Assembly (NCBI GenBank): GCA_963737265.1
Contig: CAVTRY010000016.1
Location: 96,001-160,000, forward strand
Direction: 5' to 3'
DNA: 64,000 nt
Source: an uncultured delta proteobacterium
GTDB lineage: Bacteria > Myxococcota_A > Polyangia > Fen-1088
The notes under the pieces are model-generated. The model was not told the DNA's origin. It did no database searches and saw nothing but the letters and a program-made list of their open reading frames with translations. The number at the start of each line of letters is the position of its first letter. Positions within the stretch are counted from its first letter, which is position 1. Of the stretch, positions 1 to 10,100 are shown piece by piece. Both the position numbers and the translations under genes were made by a program.

Positions 1-2022
1 GGCGAAGCCCTTGTTGCGATCCGCCACGATCGAAATGATCACCACCGGAATGCGCCCAAGCGCCGGCACCTGCTTGAGGCGATTGAGAAGCTCCCAGCCG
101 TCCATGTTGGGCAGCGTGATGTCGAGGGTGATGAGCGACAGCGGTTGCTGCACCGCCAGCACCATCGCCGCCTCGGCGGAGGCGGCGTGCAGCACCTTGA
201 AGCCCTGCGCCTCCAGCTGGACGCGGATCAAGTCGGCGGACTTGAAGTCGTCCTCCACCACCAGCGCCGTGCGCACGCCGGCCCGCGCCTCGATGAAGGG
301 AATGGCCGGCACCTTGACCGACGTGCGCACCCCCTCTTCCGGCGCCCGGAGCGGCAGCCAGACGGTGAAGCAGGAGCCCTGGCCCACGGCGCTCTCCACC
401 GCCACCGCGCCGCCGTGCAGCTCGGCGAGCAGCTTGACCATGGCCAACCCCAGCCCGGTTCCCTCGTATTTTCGTGCCAGGCCGCTGTCGATCTGGCTAA
501 ACGGCTTGAACAGGTGCTCGAGCCCCTCGGGAGAGATGCCAATGCCGCTGTCGCTGACGCTGATCTTGAGGAACTCGGCAAACTCATTGTCGGCCAAGGG
601 GAAGATCCGCCCCACCCATTCGCCCGAGAGGCGGCCGACCTCGGCGCGCGGGACGCGGCCGACCCGCAGGGTCACCTGGCCGCCCTCGACGGTGAACTTG
701 ACGGCGTTGGAGAGCAAGTTGTAGGCGATCTGCTTGACCTTGCGCGTATCCGCCTGAAAGGACCCCAGCTCTCGAGCGGCGTCGACGCTGAGGCGGATGT
801 GCCGGGCGGCAGCTTTCTCCCGGATGATGGAGAGGCTGTTCGAGAACAGGGTCGACACCTGCACCGATTCCAGATCGAGCGTCATCGTGCCGGCTTCGAC
901 CTTGGACAGGTCGAGGATGTCGTTGATGAGCGACAGCAGATGGTTGCCGCTGCTGAAGATGTCACCGATGAACCCCCGCTGTTGATCGGTCAGATCCCCC
1001 ATCAGGCCGTCGCGCAGGACCTCCGAGAAGCCGATGATGGCGTTCAGCGGCGTCCGCAGCTCGTGGGACATGTTGGCCATGAATTCCGACTTCATGCGGC
1101 TCGAGGCTTCCAGCTCGACGTTCTTCTGATGCAGCGTCTGCTCGTAGCGCTTCAGCTCCGTCATGTCGCGCGCGGCGGCGAACACCCCCTGTAACTTCCG
1201 GTCGCGATCGTGAAAGGTGGTCGCGTTGTAAGAGACGGTCGTCTCCTTGCCATCGCGGGCCCGCGCGGTGAGCTCGTAGTTCGTGACCTTGCCTTCGGCC
1301 AGCACCCGGTTGATTCCCGCCTCGGCCCGAGTCGAATCGGTGAAGTAATTCTTGAACGGCGCCCCGATCAGCTCATCCCGCGTGCAGCCGGTGAGGGCCT
1401 CCGTCTGCTTGTTGACGTCGGTGATGATCCCGCGCGGATCGGTCGCCATCAGGGCGTCGATGTTGGACTCGATGAGCGAGCGCGTATAAAAGTTCTGGTC
1501 GCGCAGCCGTTGATCGAGCTTCTGCCGCTCTTCCTCGACCTGCTTGCGCGCGGTGTTGTCGGTGCCGATGAGCAGATAGCCGATGATGATGTCCTGCGCG
1601 TCTCGCAGCGCCGTGATGGAGACCACCGCCGGAAATCGGCTGCCATCCTTCCGAAAGTAGGTCAGCTCGTAGATGTCCTCGATTCCGCGCGAGGCCTTGA
1701 AGACCAGGGCTTCGAAGCCCGGCGCAATCGGCGTTCCCAGCTCGGCGCTCAGCGCCTTGGCACGCGCGATCACCTCCTCCGGGTCTGAAATGTCGGCTGG
1801 CGTGATCTTGTTGATCACCTCGGCGGCGGTGTACCCGAGCATCCGCTCGGCGCCCACGTTGAAGATCTGGATGACGCCCTTCGCGTCGGTGGCGATACTG
1901 GAAAAATTGGCGCTGCTCAAGATCGCACTCTGCAGCGCGCCCGTTCTGAGGAGAGCCTCCGTGTGGCGGACGTCCAGGTTCAGGTCGGCCACATCCAAGG
2001 CAGAGTCGTTGGCGATCGGCAT
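1..2022 (-). CDS. PAS-domain hybrid sensor histidine kinase / response regulator (3' end runs off the window)
   Basis: Manual minus-strand translation from ATG 2022 (AAGGA RBS): MPIANDSALD..SSIATDAKGVIQIFNVGAERMLGY (PAS), second PAS, H-box KSEFMANMSHELRTPLNAIIGFSE, HATPase NLLSNAVKF/DSGIG/GTGLGL, receiver LVVEDD..LDITLP. Not in the ORF track because there is no stop in the window. Confidence 0.93.
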   Translation of the reverse strand, partial: MPIANDSALDVADLNLDVRHTEALLRTGALQSAILSSANFSSIATDAKGVIQIFNVGAERMLGYTAAEVINKITPADISDPEEVIARAKALSAELGTPIAPGFEALVFKASRGIEDIYELTYFRKDGSRFPAVVSITALRDAQDIIIGYLLIGTDNTARKQVEEERQKLDQRLRDQNFYTRSLIESNIDALMATDPRGIITDVNKQTEALTGCTRDELIGAPFKNYFTDSTRAEAGINRVLAEGKVTNYELTARARDGKETTVSYNATTFHDRDRKLQGVFAAARDMTELKRYEQTLHQKNVELEASSRMKSEFMANMSHELRTPLNAIIGFSEVLRDGLMGDLTDQQRGFIGDIFSSGNHLLSLINDILDLSKVEAGTMTLDLESVQVSTLFSNSLSIIREKAAARHIRLSVDAARELGSFQADTRKVKQIAYNLLSNAVKFTVEGGQVTLRVGRVPRAEVGRLSGEWVGRIFPLADNEFAEFLKISVSDSGIGISPEGLEHLFKPFSQIDSGLARKYEGTGLGLAMVKLLAELHGGAVAVESAVGQGSCFTVWLPLRAPEEGVRTSVKVPAIPFIEARAGVRTALVVEDDFKSADLIRVQLEAQGFKVLHAASAEAAMVLAVQQPLSLITLDITLPNMDGWELLNRLKQVPALGRIPVVIISIVADRNKGFA

Positions 2023-2275
2023 GCGTCCTTGCTATGAGCGGCGACGGTAGAGATGCCGGACCATCCTTGGCTGCCCGACGAAACAGCACCCAGCGCCGCT
2101 GCTCAAAATGGTTACTGAGGCGACGTGCGTGTTCCCGGCCCGATCCATAGCGCCAGCGCGACCTTGGTAATGTCCGGAGGATCCCCGGCGCCGTGTAGTG
2201 GTTTCCCCGAGTTCATCGTGGGCGCTTCGCTGGTGTCGCGGGTGGGGGTGGGAACGTCGTCGCGGGAGGCCGTAC

Positions 2276-3205
2276 TCACGCTTCTGCAGCAATCGGGCGG
2301 GTGTGTGAAGGACGCGATCCCGCCGCCGCGGGGGTGTCGGGGACGATTTCGGGAGTGAGGGCTTCTGGCGGCACGCGGCGCAGGTCCCACACCAGCCCGA
2401 CCGCGGCGAGCAACCGGAGGACGTAGTAGGTGACGTCGACCTCCCACCAGCGAAACCCCTGTCGGGCCGAGCTTTGATAGTGGTGGTGGTTGTTGTGCCA
2501 GCCCTCGCCGGTCGTCAGCAGCGCGAGCGCCAGGCTGTTGCGGGAGTCATCGGTCGTGGCGTAACGCCGACGGCCGAGCATGTGGGCGAGCGAGTTGATG
2601 GCGAACGTGCCGTGCCAGAGCAACACCGTCGAGACGAAGAAGCCCCAGACGAGACCGTGCAGGCCGCCGAGCGCCAGGCAGGCGAGCGCGTAGACCAGCG
2701 CCGGCAGCAGCTGGACCGCCTTGCGATTCAGGAAGCGAAGCTCCGGGTACCTGGCCAGGTCCGCGACCAGGTCCATGCGGGTGCCGTTGTTGCCGGGGCC
2801 GAGGATCCAGCCGACGTGCGCGTACCAGAAGCCGCGCTGCTGTGCCGAGTGGACATCCTGGGGCGTGTCCGAGTGCTTGTGGTGCCAGCGATGATGGCTG
2901 GCCCACCACAGCACCCCCTTTTGGGCGGCGCTTTGCGCGCCAAGCGCGAGCAGGAACTGAAACGCCCGCGACGTCTTGAACGAGCGGTGCGAAAAATAGC
3001 GATGGTACCCCGCGGTCACCACGACCATTCGGACGAAGTAGGCGGCGACGGCCAAGGCCAAGCCGCTCCATGACGGCCCGCAATAGATGACTCCCGCGAG
3101 AGCCGTCAGGTGAACTCCCCAGAACGGCGCGGCGCCCCTGCTGAAGTAGAGACGGCGGGCAGGGACCCTGCTGGGTGCCGAGGGACGACCGGCTTTGACA
3201 GGCAC
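2276..3205 (-). CDS. Acyl-CoA (delta-9-like) fatty acid desaturase
   Basis: Three His boxes HRYFSH, HRWHH, WHNNHH; TM segments; GFRWWEVD motif. Confidence 0.92.
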   Translation of the reverse strand: MPVKAGRPSAPSRVPARRLYFSRGAAPFWGVHLTALAGVIYCGPSWSGLALAVAAYFVRMVVVTAGYHRYFSHRSFKTSRAFQFLLALGAQSAAQKGVLWWASHHRWHHKHSDTPQDVHSAQQRGFWYAHVGWILGPGNNGTRMDLVADLARYPELRFLNRKAVQLLPALVYALACLALGGLHGLVWGFFVSTVLLWHGTFAINSLAHMLGRRRYATTDDSRNSLALALLTTGEGWHNNHHHYQSSARQGFRWWEVDVTYYVLRLLAAVGLVWDLRRVPPEALTPEIVPDTPAAAGSRPSHTRPIAAEA

Positions 3206-3493
3206 CTATTCTTTGTAACGGTCGGTGCGTCACCGAAAGGCCAGCTCTCGGTCACAATCCCGACAGGCGCGACCGTGGGGGGCGCAGCGAAAAGGGCGTT
3301 CCTGGAGCGTGCGATGCCCTGGCCCCCGATTTGGCAGTTGCCACCAGTAAGGCGGTCGCCGTCGGGCCATGCGCTCCGCCCTTGACGCCCGCCGGCCCAG
3401 CGACACCTTGCCACTTGGCGCGACTTCGGATCAGCTCGGCGCCACCAAGCACTATCGACGGACAAGATCGACACGATCGAAAGGAAGGTGCGC

Positions 3494-4639
3494 ATGCCGA
3501 CAGACGGTCGAGGAGGCAACGAGCCGGATCTCCGGCGTATCGGCATTCATCCTGATTTTTGGTATCCGCTGGTCCGATCGGGGGACTTGCGGCCGGGTCA
3601 CACCTGCCTGACGACCTTCGCTGGTCAGCCGATCGTCCTGGCGCGCGCCGAGACGGGCCAGGTCTTTGCGCTGGATGACCGCTGCGCGCACCGCCAGTTT
3701 CCGCTGCACAAGGGCGTCGTCTGCGGCGAGATGCTGAGGTGCGCCTACCACGCCTGGACGTACCGGCAGGACGGGCAGATCGCGGCGGTGCCGTACTTGC
3801 CGAAGGGGGCGGCGCGCCCGGCCGGCGTCAGGAGCTATCCTTGCCGCGAGGCCTACGGTCACCTGTTCGTTTTTCCCGGCGAGCGCGAGAAGGCCGCGCA
3901 GGTTCCGCTCCCGGAGCTGTCGGGCTACCAGGCGCCGAACACCCGCACCATGGCTTTCTGGCGCAAGGTCGCCTGTCACTACTCGTTCATGCACGAGAAC
4001 CTGATGGACATGAACCATCAGTTCCTGCACCGAGGGATCATGGGCACCATCAAGCCGACGCTGCTGGGATTCGATCGCGGGCCTGACTGGGTCGAGGCGC
4101 GCTATCGGTTCCAGAGCGCGGCCGGCAAACCCGCGCGGGGTGCCCGGCTGCTTTTGGCGGGCGGAGGCGACGTCGCACCCTCATCCAGCAACGGGCACGG
4201 CGCGGCCGGCGCCGATCTGATGACCATCCGCACCGTCTATCCTTATCAGATCTTGAGCCTGTTTCGCGGCGGGGCCTCGCACCCGTCATTCAATCTGTGG
4301 GCGGCATATGTTCCTGTCGATCGTGAGCAGCGAGCCAACATCAGCATGGGTTTGCTGACCATCGAAAAGCCGTCGGTTCCCGGTTTGATCGGCCTGTTTT
4401 GGCCGATGATCCGTCGTTTCGCAGAGGCGGTGTTCACCGAGGACCGGGCGGCGGTGGAGGCCGAGCAGCAGGCCTACGACCAGCAACGAGGCGACCGCAA
4501 CCAAGAGATCAATCCGGTGATCATTGCGCTGCGCGAGGTGCTGATTCGAAATGGCCTGCCGCTCGCGAACGAACAGGTCGGGCATCTGGCAGTGTCCAGC
4601 GCCGAGCTCAGCGCGGCCGAGGCGAACGGCGTCCGTTAG
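3494..4639 (+). CDS. Rieske non-heme iron oxygenase alpha subunit (VanA/KshA-like)
   Basis: Rieske CAH..CAYH, mononuclear Fe motif ENLMDMNH..LH, C-terminal ED; AAGGAAGG RBS before ATG 3494. Confidence 0.9.
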   Translation: MPTDGRGGNEPDLRRIGIHPDFWYPLVRSGDLRPGHTCLTTFAGQPIVLARAETGQVFALDDRCAHRQFPLHKGVVCGEMLRCAYHAWTYRQDGQIAAVPYLPKGAARPAGVRSYPCREAYGHLFVFPGEREKAAQVPLPELSGYQAPNTRTMAFWRKVACHYSFMHENLMDMNHQFLHRGIMGTIKPTLLGFDRGPDWVEARYRFQSAAGKPARGARLLLAGGGDVAPSSSNGHGAAGADLMTIRTVYPYQILSLFRGGASHPSFNLWAAYVPVDREQRANISMGLLTIEKPSVPGLIGLFWPMIRRFAEAVFTEDRAAVEAEQQAYDQQRGDRNQEINPVIIALREVLIRNGLPLANEQVGHLAVSSAELSAAEANGVR

Positions 4640-4939
4640 CCAGTTCATCGGGCAGATGCGCCGGTCGGGATCGCTCGGCTCATCGGCGTCGCGCTCGGGC
4701 CGCGGCAGGGTCGAGTTTGAACGTCGCGGCGGTGATGTTTAGTTTCGATCCAAGGCACGGACGCTCGCTTCGCGAGCCACATGATGAGGACCCGTATGCA
4801 TGGGCTCACGCCCGAAGTGAGCCCGACATTTGTGTGCGGTGATCCGATTTGCGCCTCCGCCTCACGCCGCGCTCAGTTTGGAAATCCGAATCCGTGACCA
4901 ATCTTCATATCGGAACACTCAACTCGAACGGGGTGCACA

Positions 4940-5542
4940 ATGAAGAACCAGATCAAGAAGGGGATGTTGCTGGCGACCATGGGTGGAGGCGCGCTGGCGC
5001 TTGCTCTCTCCGGGTCGCCCGCTTTCGCGGAGAGCGGAGCCGATCAGGCCGGAATGCCGGTGGCAGGGGGGTCTGCGACGACGCACGGGTCGGGGACCGT
5101 GACCGCGATCGACAAGAGCACGCGCACCGTGACCCTGAAGACCGACTCGGGGGACATTCGCTCGTACCAGGTGTCGAGCGACGTGCAGGGATTCGACAAG
5201 CTCAAGAAGGGTGACAAGGTCGACGTCGACTACACCGAGTCGATCGCGATCGCGATGCTGCCGAAGGGGAGCAAGCTGTCGGCGAGCGAGCAGGCGGCGG
5301 CGACGAAGATGGGCGAGGGTGCGGGCGCGGCTGGCCGGCAGGTCACCGTTTCGGCGAAGGTCATCAGCGTCGATACAGCAAACAACACCGTCACCCTCAA
5401 GGGGCCGAAGGGCAACGTGGAGACCGTGGAGGTGAAGGATCCGGACAATCAAGCGAAGCTGCCGAGCCTCAAGGCGGGTCAGGTGATGCAGTTCACCTAC
5501 ACCGAGGCGGTGGCGGTGTCGGTCACACCGAAGGGCAAGTAG
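4940..5542 (+). CDS. Exported hypothetical protein with two beta-rich (OB-like) repeats
   Basis: Signal peptide ending AFA; duplicated VxxID/VD..xTVTLK...LKxGxxVxxxYTE modules. Confidence 0.75.
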   Translation: MKNQIKKGMLLATMGGGALALALSGSPAFAESGADQAGMPVAGGSATTHGSGTVTAIDKSTRTVTLKTDSGDIRSYQVSSDVQGFDKLKKGDKVDVDYTESIAIAMLPKGSKLSASEQAAATKMGEGAGAAGRQVTVSAKVISVDTANNTVTLKGPKGNVETVEVKDPDNQAKLPSLKAGQVMQFTYTEAVAVSVTPKGK

Positions 5543-5565
5543 CGACGGTTCGGTCGAGACGCGAG

Positions 5566-5600
5566 CGGGGCGCTCCACGGGGCGCCCCGTTTTTTTGTTT
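5566..5600 (+). terminator. Rho-independent terminator
   Basis: CGGGGCGC..GCGCCCCG stem followed by a T-run, just after the 5542 stop. Confidence 0.8.
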
Positions 5601-5652
5601 TGTTTGTAGTTGTAGGTCAGCAGCGTGAAGCCACACGGGTGGCCCCGCTTTG

Positions 5653-6798
5653 TCATGGCTGTTGCGCCGGGGCCCCCGCGTCGTCGCCGACCCACGCCTT
5701 GAGCAAGGTGTACGTCACCGCCAACAGCACCGGCCCCACGAACAGCCCGATCGTTCCGAACGACGCCAGGCCGCCGATGACCCCAGCGAGCGTCACCAGC
5801 ACGGGGAGGTCCCCCCCCTTCTTGAGCAGCGCCGGCCGCAGGATGTTGTTGATGAGCTCGGTCGCGACGGACCAGAGGATCAAGAATATCCCCCAGCCCA
5901 CACCCTTCGAGGCGAAGGCCCAGATCACCACCAGCGCGAGGATCGGAATCGGCCCTATCTGCGAGGCGCACAGGGCAAACATCGCCACCGTGAGCGCCGC
6001 TGCGGCCGGCACCCGAGCGATGGCCAGCCCGATACCGGCGAACGCCGCCTGTGCCAGTGCGGTCAGCACCACGCCGAGCGCGACCGTGCGGATCGTTCCG
6101 CCGACGAGGTCGACCGTCTGATCGCCGTACTTGCCCGCCACCCGCCTGGCGAACGCCCTGACGCCGGCCACCGCTTGCTCACCGCGCGCGAACATCACGG
6201 CCTGGATGGCCACGGTCAGCGCGAACTCGAGCAGGAATGAGCCGAAGCCGCCGAACTCCTGGCCGAGCCAGGCGGCGATGCCTCGGATATGGGTCTCGGC
6301 CTTGGCGACGAGCGCCGGCACGCCCGCGGCGGCGGCGCTGCTCCAGGTCGCGGCGGCCTTGCCGCCCACGAGCGGCAGCTTGGCGAGCCAGGCCGGGGCG
6401 GGCGGGATGTGATAGTGGGGCACGCTCGACAGGAAGGCTTTGATCCGCTCCATGTTCTGCACGAGGGCGATGACCATGGCCGCCAAGGGGACGAAGACGA
6501 TGGCAAGCAGCCCCAGCGTCATCACCGTGATCGAAAGCGACCGCTTCCCCCAGAGCCCCTTCTGCAGGCGGACCATCAACGGCCAGGTGGCGACCGCCAG
6601 AAAGGTGGCCCAGACGATTGCGCCGAGGAACGGCTTCAGGATCCAGAACGGCGCCGCGATCAGGAGGGCGATCAGCAACACAGCGATGACCGTGCGCGTG
6701 AGATCGGGGCCGCGGGGCTCGGGCTGGGGGCGCGAGCCCGCGGATGGGGGCGTGGTCTGATTGGCCGGTGCGTCGCGCACCCTCGCCCGGTGTTTCAT
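5653..6798 (-). CDS. ydiK: AI-2E family transporter (YdiK-like)
   Basis: DLTRTV..LI, PFLGAIVWA..LAVATWPL, NNILRP, GVIGGL..FG.IGLFVGPVLLAV; start chosen at MKHRARV. Confidence 0.85.
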   Translation of the reverse strand: MKHRARVRDAPANQTTPPSAGSRPQPEPRGPDLTRTVIAVLLIALLIAAPFWILKPFLGAIVWATFLAVATWPLMVRLQKGLWGKRSLSITVMTLGLLAIVFVPLAAMVIALVQNMERIKAFLSSVPHYHIPPAPAWLAKLPLVGGKAAATWSSAAAAGVPALVAKAETHIRGIAAWLGQEFGGFGSFLLEFALTVAIQAVMFARGEQAVAGVRAFARRVAGKYGDQTVDLVGGTIRTVALGVVLTALAQAAFAGIGLAIARVPAAAALTVAMFALCASQIGPIPILALVVIWAFASKGVGWGIFLILWSVATELINNILRPALLKKGGDLPVLVTLAGVIGGLASFGTIGLFVGPVLLAVTYTLLKAWVGDDAGAPAQQP

Positions 6799-6895
6799 CG
6801 CTTGTTCTCTTCTCGCCTGCGACGCTGGAGCGTTCGCGGGGCGCCGGGGCCAATCTAGGTCCAGGGCTCGTCGCGGGAGATCGGGCGCCGCCTGA

Positions 6896-8782
6896 ATGTC
6901 GCCCGCCGAGAATCCGGCTTGGAGCCAGCCACGACCGTCGTTGCGATCGTTCGGTCGCGCCACTCTGGTACCATCGCCCACCGTGCGGCGGTGGCTCGGC
7001 TCTCGGTGGATCGGGCTCTGCGCGGCAGCGCTGGCGGTCGCCTTGACCCTCCCGTCGCTGGGCAATGGGCTCGGCATCGACGACCACCTCTACCGCGCGC
7101 GGGTTCTGGGCGGCTGGGATGCTGTCCGCTCGACAGCCGACCTGTTTTCATTCGCCGATCCGGGCCGCCCCGCTGACGTGCGCCAGGAAATGGAGAGCGG
7201 CGAGCTCTCCTGGTGGGCGGCGCCGCACTTGCGCTGGCGTTTCCTGCGGCCGCTGCCCGCGCTGCTCCACCATCTCGAATTCCGGCTGTTCGGTCGCGGC
7301 GGGCTGGCGCTCATGCACCTCGAAAGCGTGCTCTGGATGGCGGCCGTCGCCGCCGCTGCAGCGATGCTGTTTCGACGAATGCTCGCACCCTTGTGGATTG
7401 CCGGCCTGGCGGCGGTTCTCTACGCGATAGACGACGCACACGGTTTCGGAGTCGGGTGGCTGGCCAGCCGCTGCACGCTGATGGGGACGTTCTTCGCCAT
7501 CACGTCGCTCATCGCGCACGATCGCTGGCGCAGGAACGGATGGCGGCTTGGTGCGATCCTGGCGCCCGGCGCGCTGCTGGTCGCGCTGCTCTGTACGGAA
7601 GAGTCGGTCGCGGTCGTCGGCTATCTCCTGGCCCACCTGCTGGTGCTCGACGACGCGCCGATGCGACGCCGGATTCGGGCCCTCGCCCCCTACGCGGCGA
7701 CCATCGGCGGCTGGTACCTCTTCCGGCGAGCCCTCGGCTACGGCACCGTCGGTCCAGGTTCTTACACGGATGCCTTCAGTCAGCCGCTGACGTTCAGCGT
7801 GCAGACGCTGGCGCGCATCCCCATCTACGTTCACAGCCAGCTGGGAGCTCTGCCGGCGGATCTGTGGGAGGTGTACTTCGTTCGCCGGGGACTTGGCTGG
7901 GTCATGGTGAGCGCTGGCGTGGCCTTCATGGTCATCATCGGCGCCGGGCTGGGCCGCCTGGTGCTGCGGGACTGGGTGGCTCGGTTCTGGGCGATCGGGG
8001 GCGGCCTCGCGCTGGTCCCGATCTGCGGGGCACATCCGAACGATCGCCATCTCTTCATCGTGGGGCTCGGCGGAGCGGCGTTGGTCGCGCGTTACCTGGC
8101 CGCCTGGGCCGACCGCCGCGCGCCCCAACAGGCTTGCTTGCTCCCCCGGCGAGGCGCCAGCGTACTGGCCGGTTTCTTCGTCCTGGTCCACGTGGTGGTC
8201 GCGCCGATCGCCCTGCCGATCCGGGCTCGGATTCCAGGCGACCTCCATCGAAGTCTCGATCGCATCGACGCGCGAATGCCGCACGACGATGGGCTGGTCG
8301 CGCAAGATCTGGTTCTGGTCAACGTTCCTTTCAAATACCTGTGCAACCTGCCCAGCGTCGTTCGACGTTCCAATGGCGGTCCCTCGCCGGCGCACTGGCG
8401 TTGTCTGGGCGTCTCTTCAGACGACGTGACCGTGAGGAGAGAGGATGACCGGACGTTGGTCCTCGTCCCGTCGGGCGGGTACCTCCGGAGCTTCGAGGAC
8501 ACCAACGTCAGAGCACGCGGAATCCCGTTCGCGCCGGGCGACCGAGTCAGTCTGCCCGGGTTCGAGGTCGCAGTCCGACGTGTCACCTCCGACGGGCGCC
8601 CCCAAGAGGTCGCCTACCGGTTCGATCGATCGCTGGAGGATGCTTCGTTGCGTTGGCTCATCTGGCAGGACGATGCCTATCGACCGTTCGCACCGCCGCC
8701 GCCGGGCCACGCCGTCTCTCTGCATGCCCAGCACTTCGCCTGGGCGGATCTCCTGAGACCCGAGCGGGAGAAATCGCCGTGA
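6896..8782 (+). CDS. Polytopic membrane protein, possible GT-C-like glycosyltransferase
   Basis: Many TM helices, a DD motif after the first helix (GIDDH), FLRPL; soluble C-terminal domain. Function is inferred. Confidence 0.6.
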   Translation: MSPAENPAWSQPRPSLRSFGRATLVPSPTVRRWLGSRWIGLCAAALAVALTLPSLGNGLGIDDHLYRARVLGGWDAVRSTADLFSFADPGRPADVRQEMESGELSWWAAPHLRWRFLRPLPALLHHLEFRLFGRGGLALMHLESVLWMAAVAAAAAMLFRRMLAPLWIAGLAAVLYAIDDAHGFGVGWLASRCTLMGTFFAITSLIAHDRWRRNGWRLGAILAPGALLVALLCTEESVAVVGYLLAHLLVLDDAPMRRRIRALAPYAATIGGWYLFRRALGYGTVGPGSYTDAFSQPLTFSVQTLARIPIYVHSQLGALPADLWEVYFVRRGLGWVMVSAGVAFMVIIGAGLGRLVLRDWVARFWAIGGGLALVPICGAHPNDRHLFIVGLGGAALVARYLAAWADRRAPQQACLLPRRGASVLAGFFVLVHVVVAPIALPIRARIPGDLHRSLDRIDARMPHDDGLVAQDLVLVNVPFKYLCNLPSVVRRSNGGPSPAHWRCLGVSSDDVTVRREDDRTLVLVPSGGYLRSFEDTNVRARGIPFAPGDRVSLPGFEVAVRRVTSDGRPQEVAYRFDRSLEDASLRWLIWQDDAYRPFAPPPPGHAVSLHAQHFAWADLLRPEREKSP

Positions 8783-9381
8783 TTGGGCGGGCGACGAAGG
8801 AGCGAACGGTCGGTCTTCTCTTGCTGTTGCTGATGGCGGCGCACACCGTGACTCACCCAGATCGCGGAGCCTGGGTGTTGCTTTCAGCTTGCGACGTGGC
8901 CACCCTCGCGACGGCCATCGGTCTCGGGGCCGGATGGCCGAGGGCCGTCGCGGTGGCCTTTCTCTTCCAGATCTCGATCGGTCTTCCGGCCTTCTTCGTC
9001 GGCCTGGCGACGCATACCTACACACCCAACCTCACGTCGGTCGCGATCCATCTGTTGCCCCCTTTGGCGGGAGGGTGGGCCGTTCGCCGAACGGGTCTGC
9101 CACCTCACGCGTTGGCCGCCGCTCTTCTGGTCTATCTTCTCGTCGTCGTCGCGAGCTTCTTGTTCTCTCCACCCGCGCTCAACGTCAACCTCGTCTTCAC
9201 CGTATGGCCCCCGATTCGCCGGTTGGCCTCCGGGCGCCTGGCGGGGCTGCTCCTCTTCCACGGGGTCGGCCCGCTGATCCTGCTTTCCGTCGGAGAGGCC
9301 GCGCTGCGCCGCGGGTTTCCGGGCACGCTCAGTTCGATACCGGCTCCATCACACGCGCCCCTTCGAGATAGGTCTGGATGA
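8779..9381 (+). CDS. Hypothetical membrane protein
   Basis: GTG overlaps the upstream stop (GTGA); hydrophobic, LSACD..LNVNL motifs. Confidence 0.6.
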   Translation: MIGRATKERTVGLLLLLLMAAHTVTHPDRGAWVLLSACDVATLATAIGLGAGWPRAVAVAFLFQISIGLPAFFVGLATHTYTPNLTSVAIHLLPPLAGGWAVRRTGLPPHALAAALLVYLLVVVASFLFSPPALNVNLVFTVWPPIRRLASGRLAGLLLFHGVGPLILLSVGEAALRRGFPGTLSSIPAPSHAPLRDRSG

Positions 9382-10084
9382 CAGACTGAATGTGGGGAAG
9401 CTCTTCGAGCTTCCGAATCCCGGCGATCTCCTCGTCGGTCAGATCGGGGTGCCAGAACTGAAGGAAGACGTTGTATCGGACCTGCGCGCTGCGGTTCCAG
9501 ACCTCGTGCTCGAAGGAGTCGTCGAAGAGGCTGCAGGTCCCCTGTTGCTGGGCCCGGATCTCTCTCGCCACGCGCATCTCGACCCCTTGCGGGATCACCA
9601 GGCCGAAATGGCAGGTCAGCTGGGTGTTGGTGGCGCCGCAGTGGGCGGGAATGTGTGTCCCGGGCAGGAGGCGCGAGACGAATACGGTGCCCGATCGCCG
9701 CGGCACCGCGTCCACCAGCTCCATGAGGCGCGGGAACATACGGACATTGTCGTCCCATCGGTGGCCTCGATAGTCGAGGTAGAGGACGTGCCATTCGCCG
9801 GCATCCGCGCGCTCGTGCAAGATCGGACCGACGTAGTTTCGGAACGTGATCTTCTGCTGCGAAAGGAAAGCGTCGAGCTCTGCTCTGATCGCAGGGTACT
9901 CGTCTTGTAGACGGGTGAGAGAGGGGAAGGCAGCGGCGTCGTGCCACGGCCGCGCCGGCAGATCGGGCAGGTAGAACCGGGGACGTTGCAGTGGGTCCTC
10001 GGGCGGGAAGAGCGGCGGCTCCCCGGCCTGATCCCGGCGGAGCACCTCGGGCAGATTTTCGAACAGCTTCAGCAACCTCTTCAT
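9329..10084 (-). CDS. Aspartyl/asparaginyl beta-hydroxylase family 2OG-Fe(II) oxygenase
   Basis: SRLLPGTHIPAHCGATN..TCHFGL, FDDSFEHEVWN, WHPDL. Confidence 0.9.
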   Translation of the reverse strand: MKRLLKLFENLPEVLRRDQAGEPPLFPPEDPLQRPRFYLPDLPARPWHDAAAFPSLTRLQDEYPAIRAELDAFLSQQKITFRNYVGPILHERADAGEWHVLYLDYRGHRWDDNVRMFPRLMELVDAVPRRSGTVFVSRLLPGTHIPAHCGATNTQLTCHFGLVIPQGVEMRVAREIRAQQQGTCSLFDDSFEHEVWNRSAQVRYNVFLQFWHPDLTDEEIAGIRKLEELPHIQSVIQTYLEGARVMEPVSN

Positions 10085-10100
10085 GCCCGCAAATCATACA

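Noticed and set aside
11-1788. Long plus-strand ORFs (237, 349, 192 aa)
   Set aside because: Antisense shadows of the minus-strand histidine kinase in GC-rich DNA.
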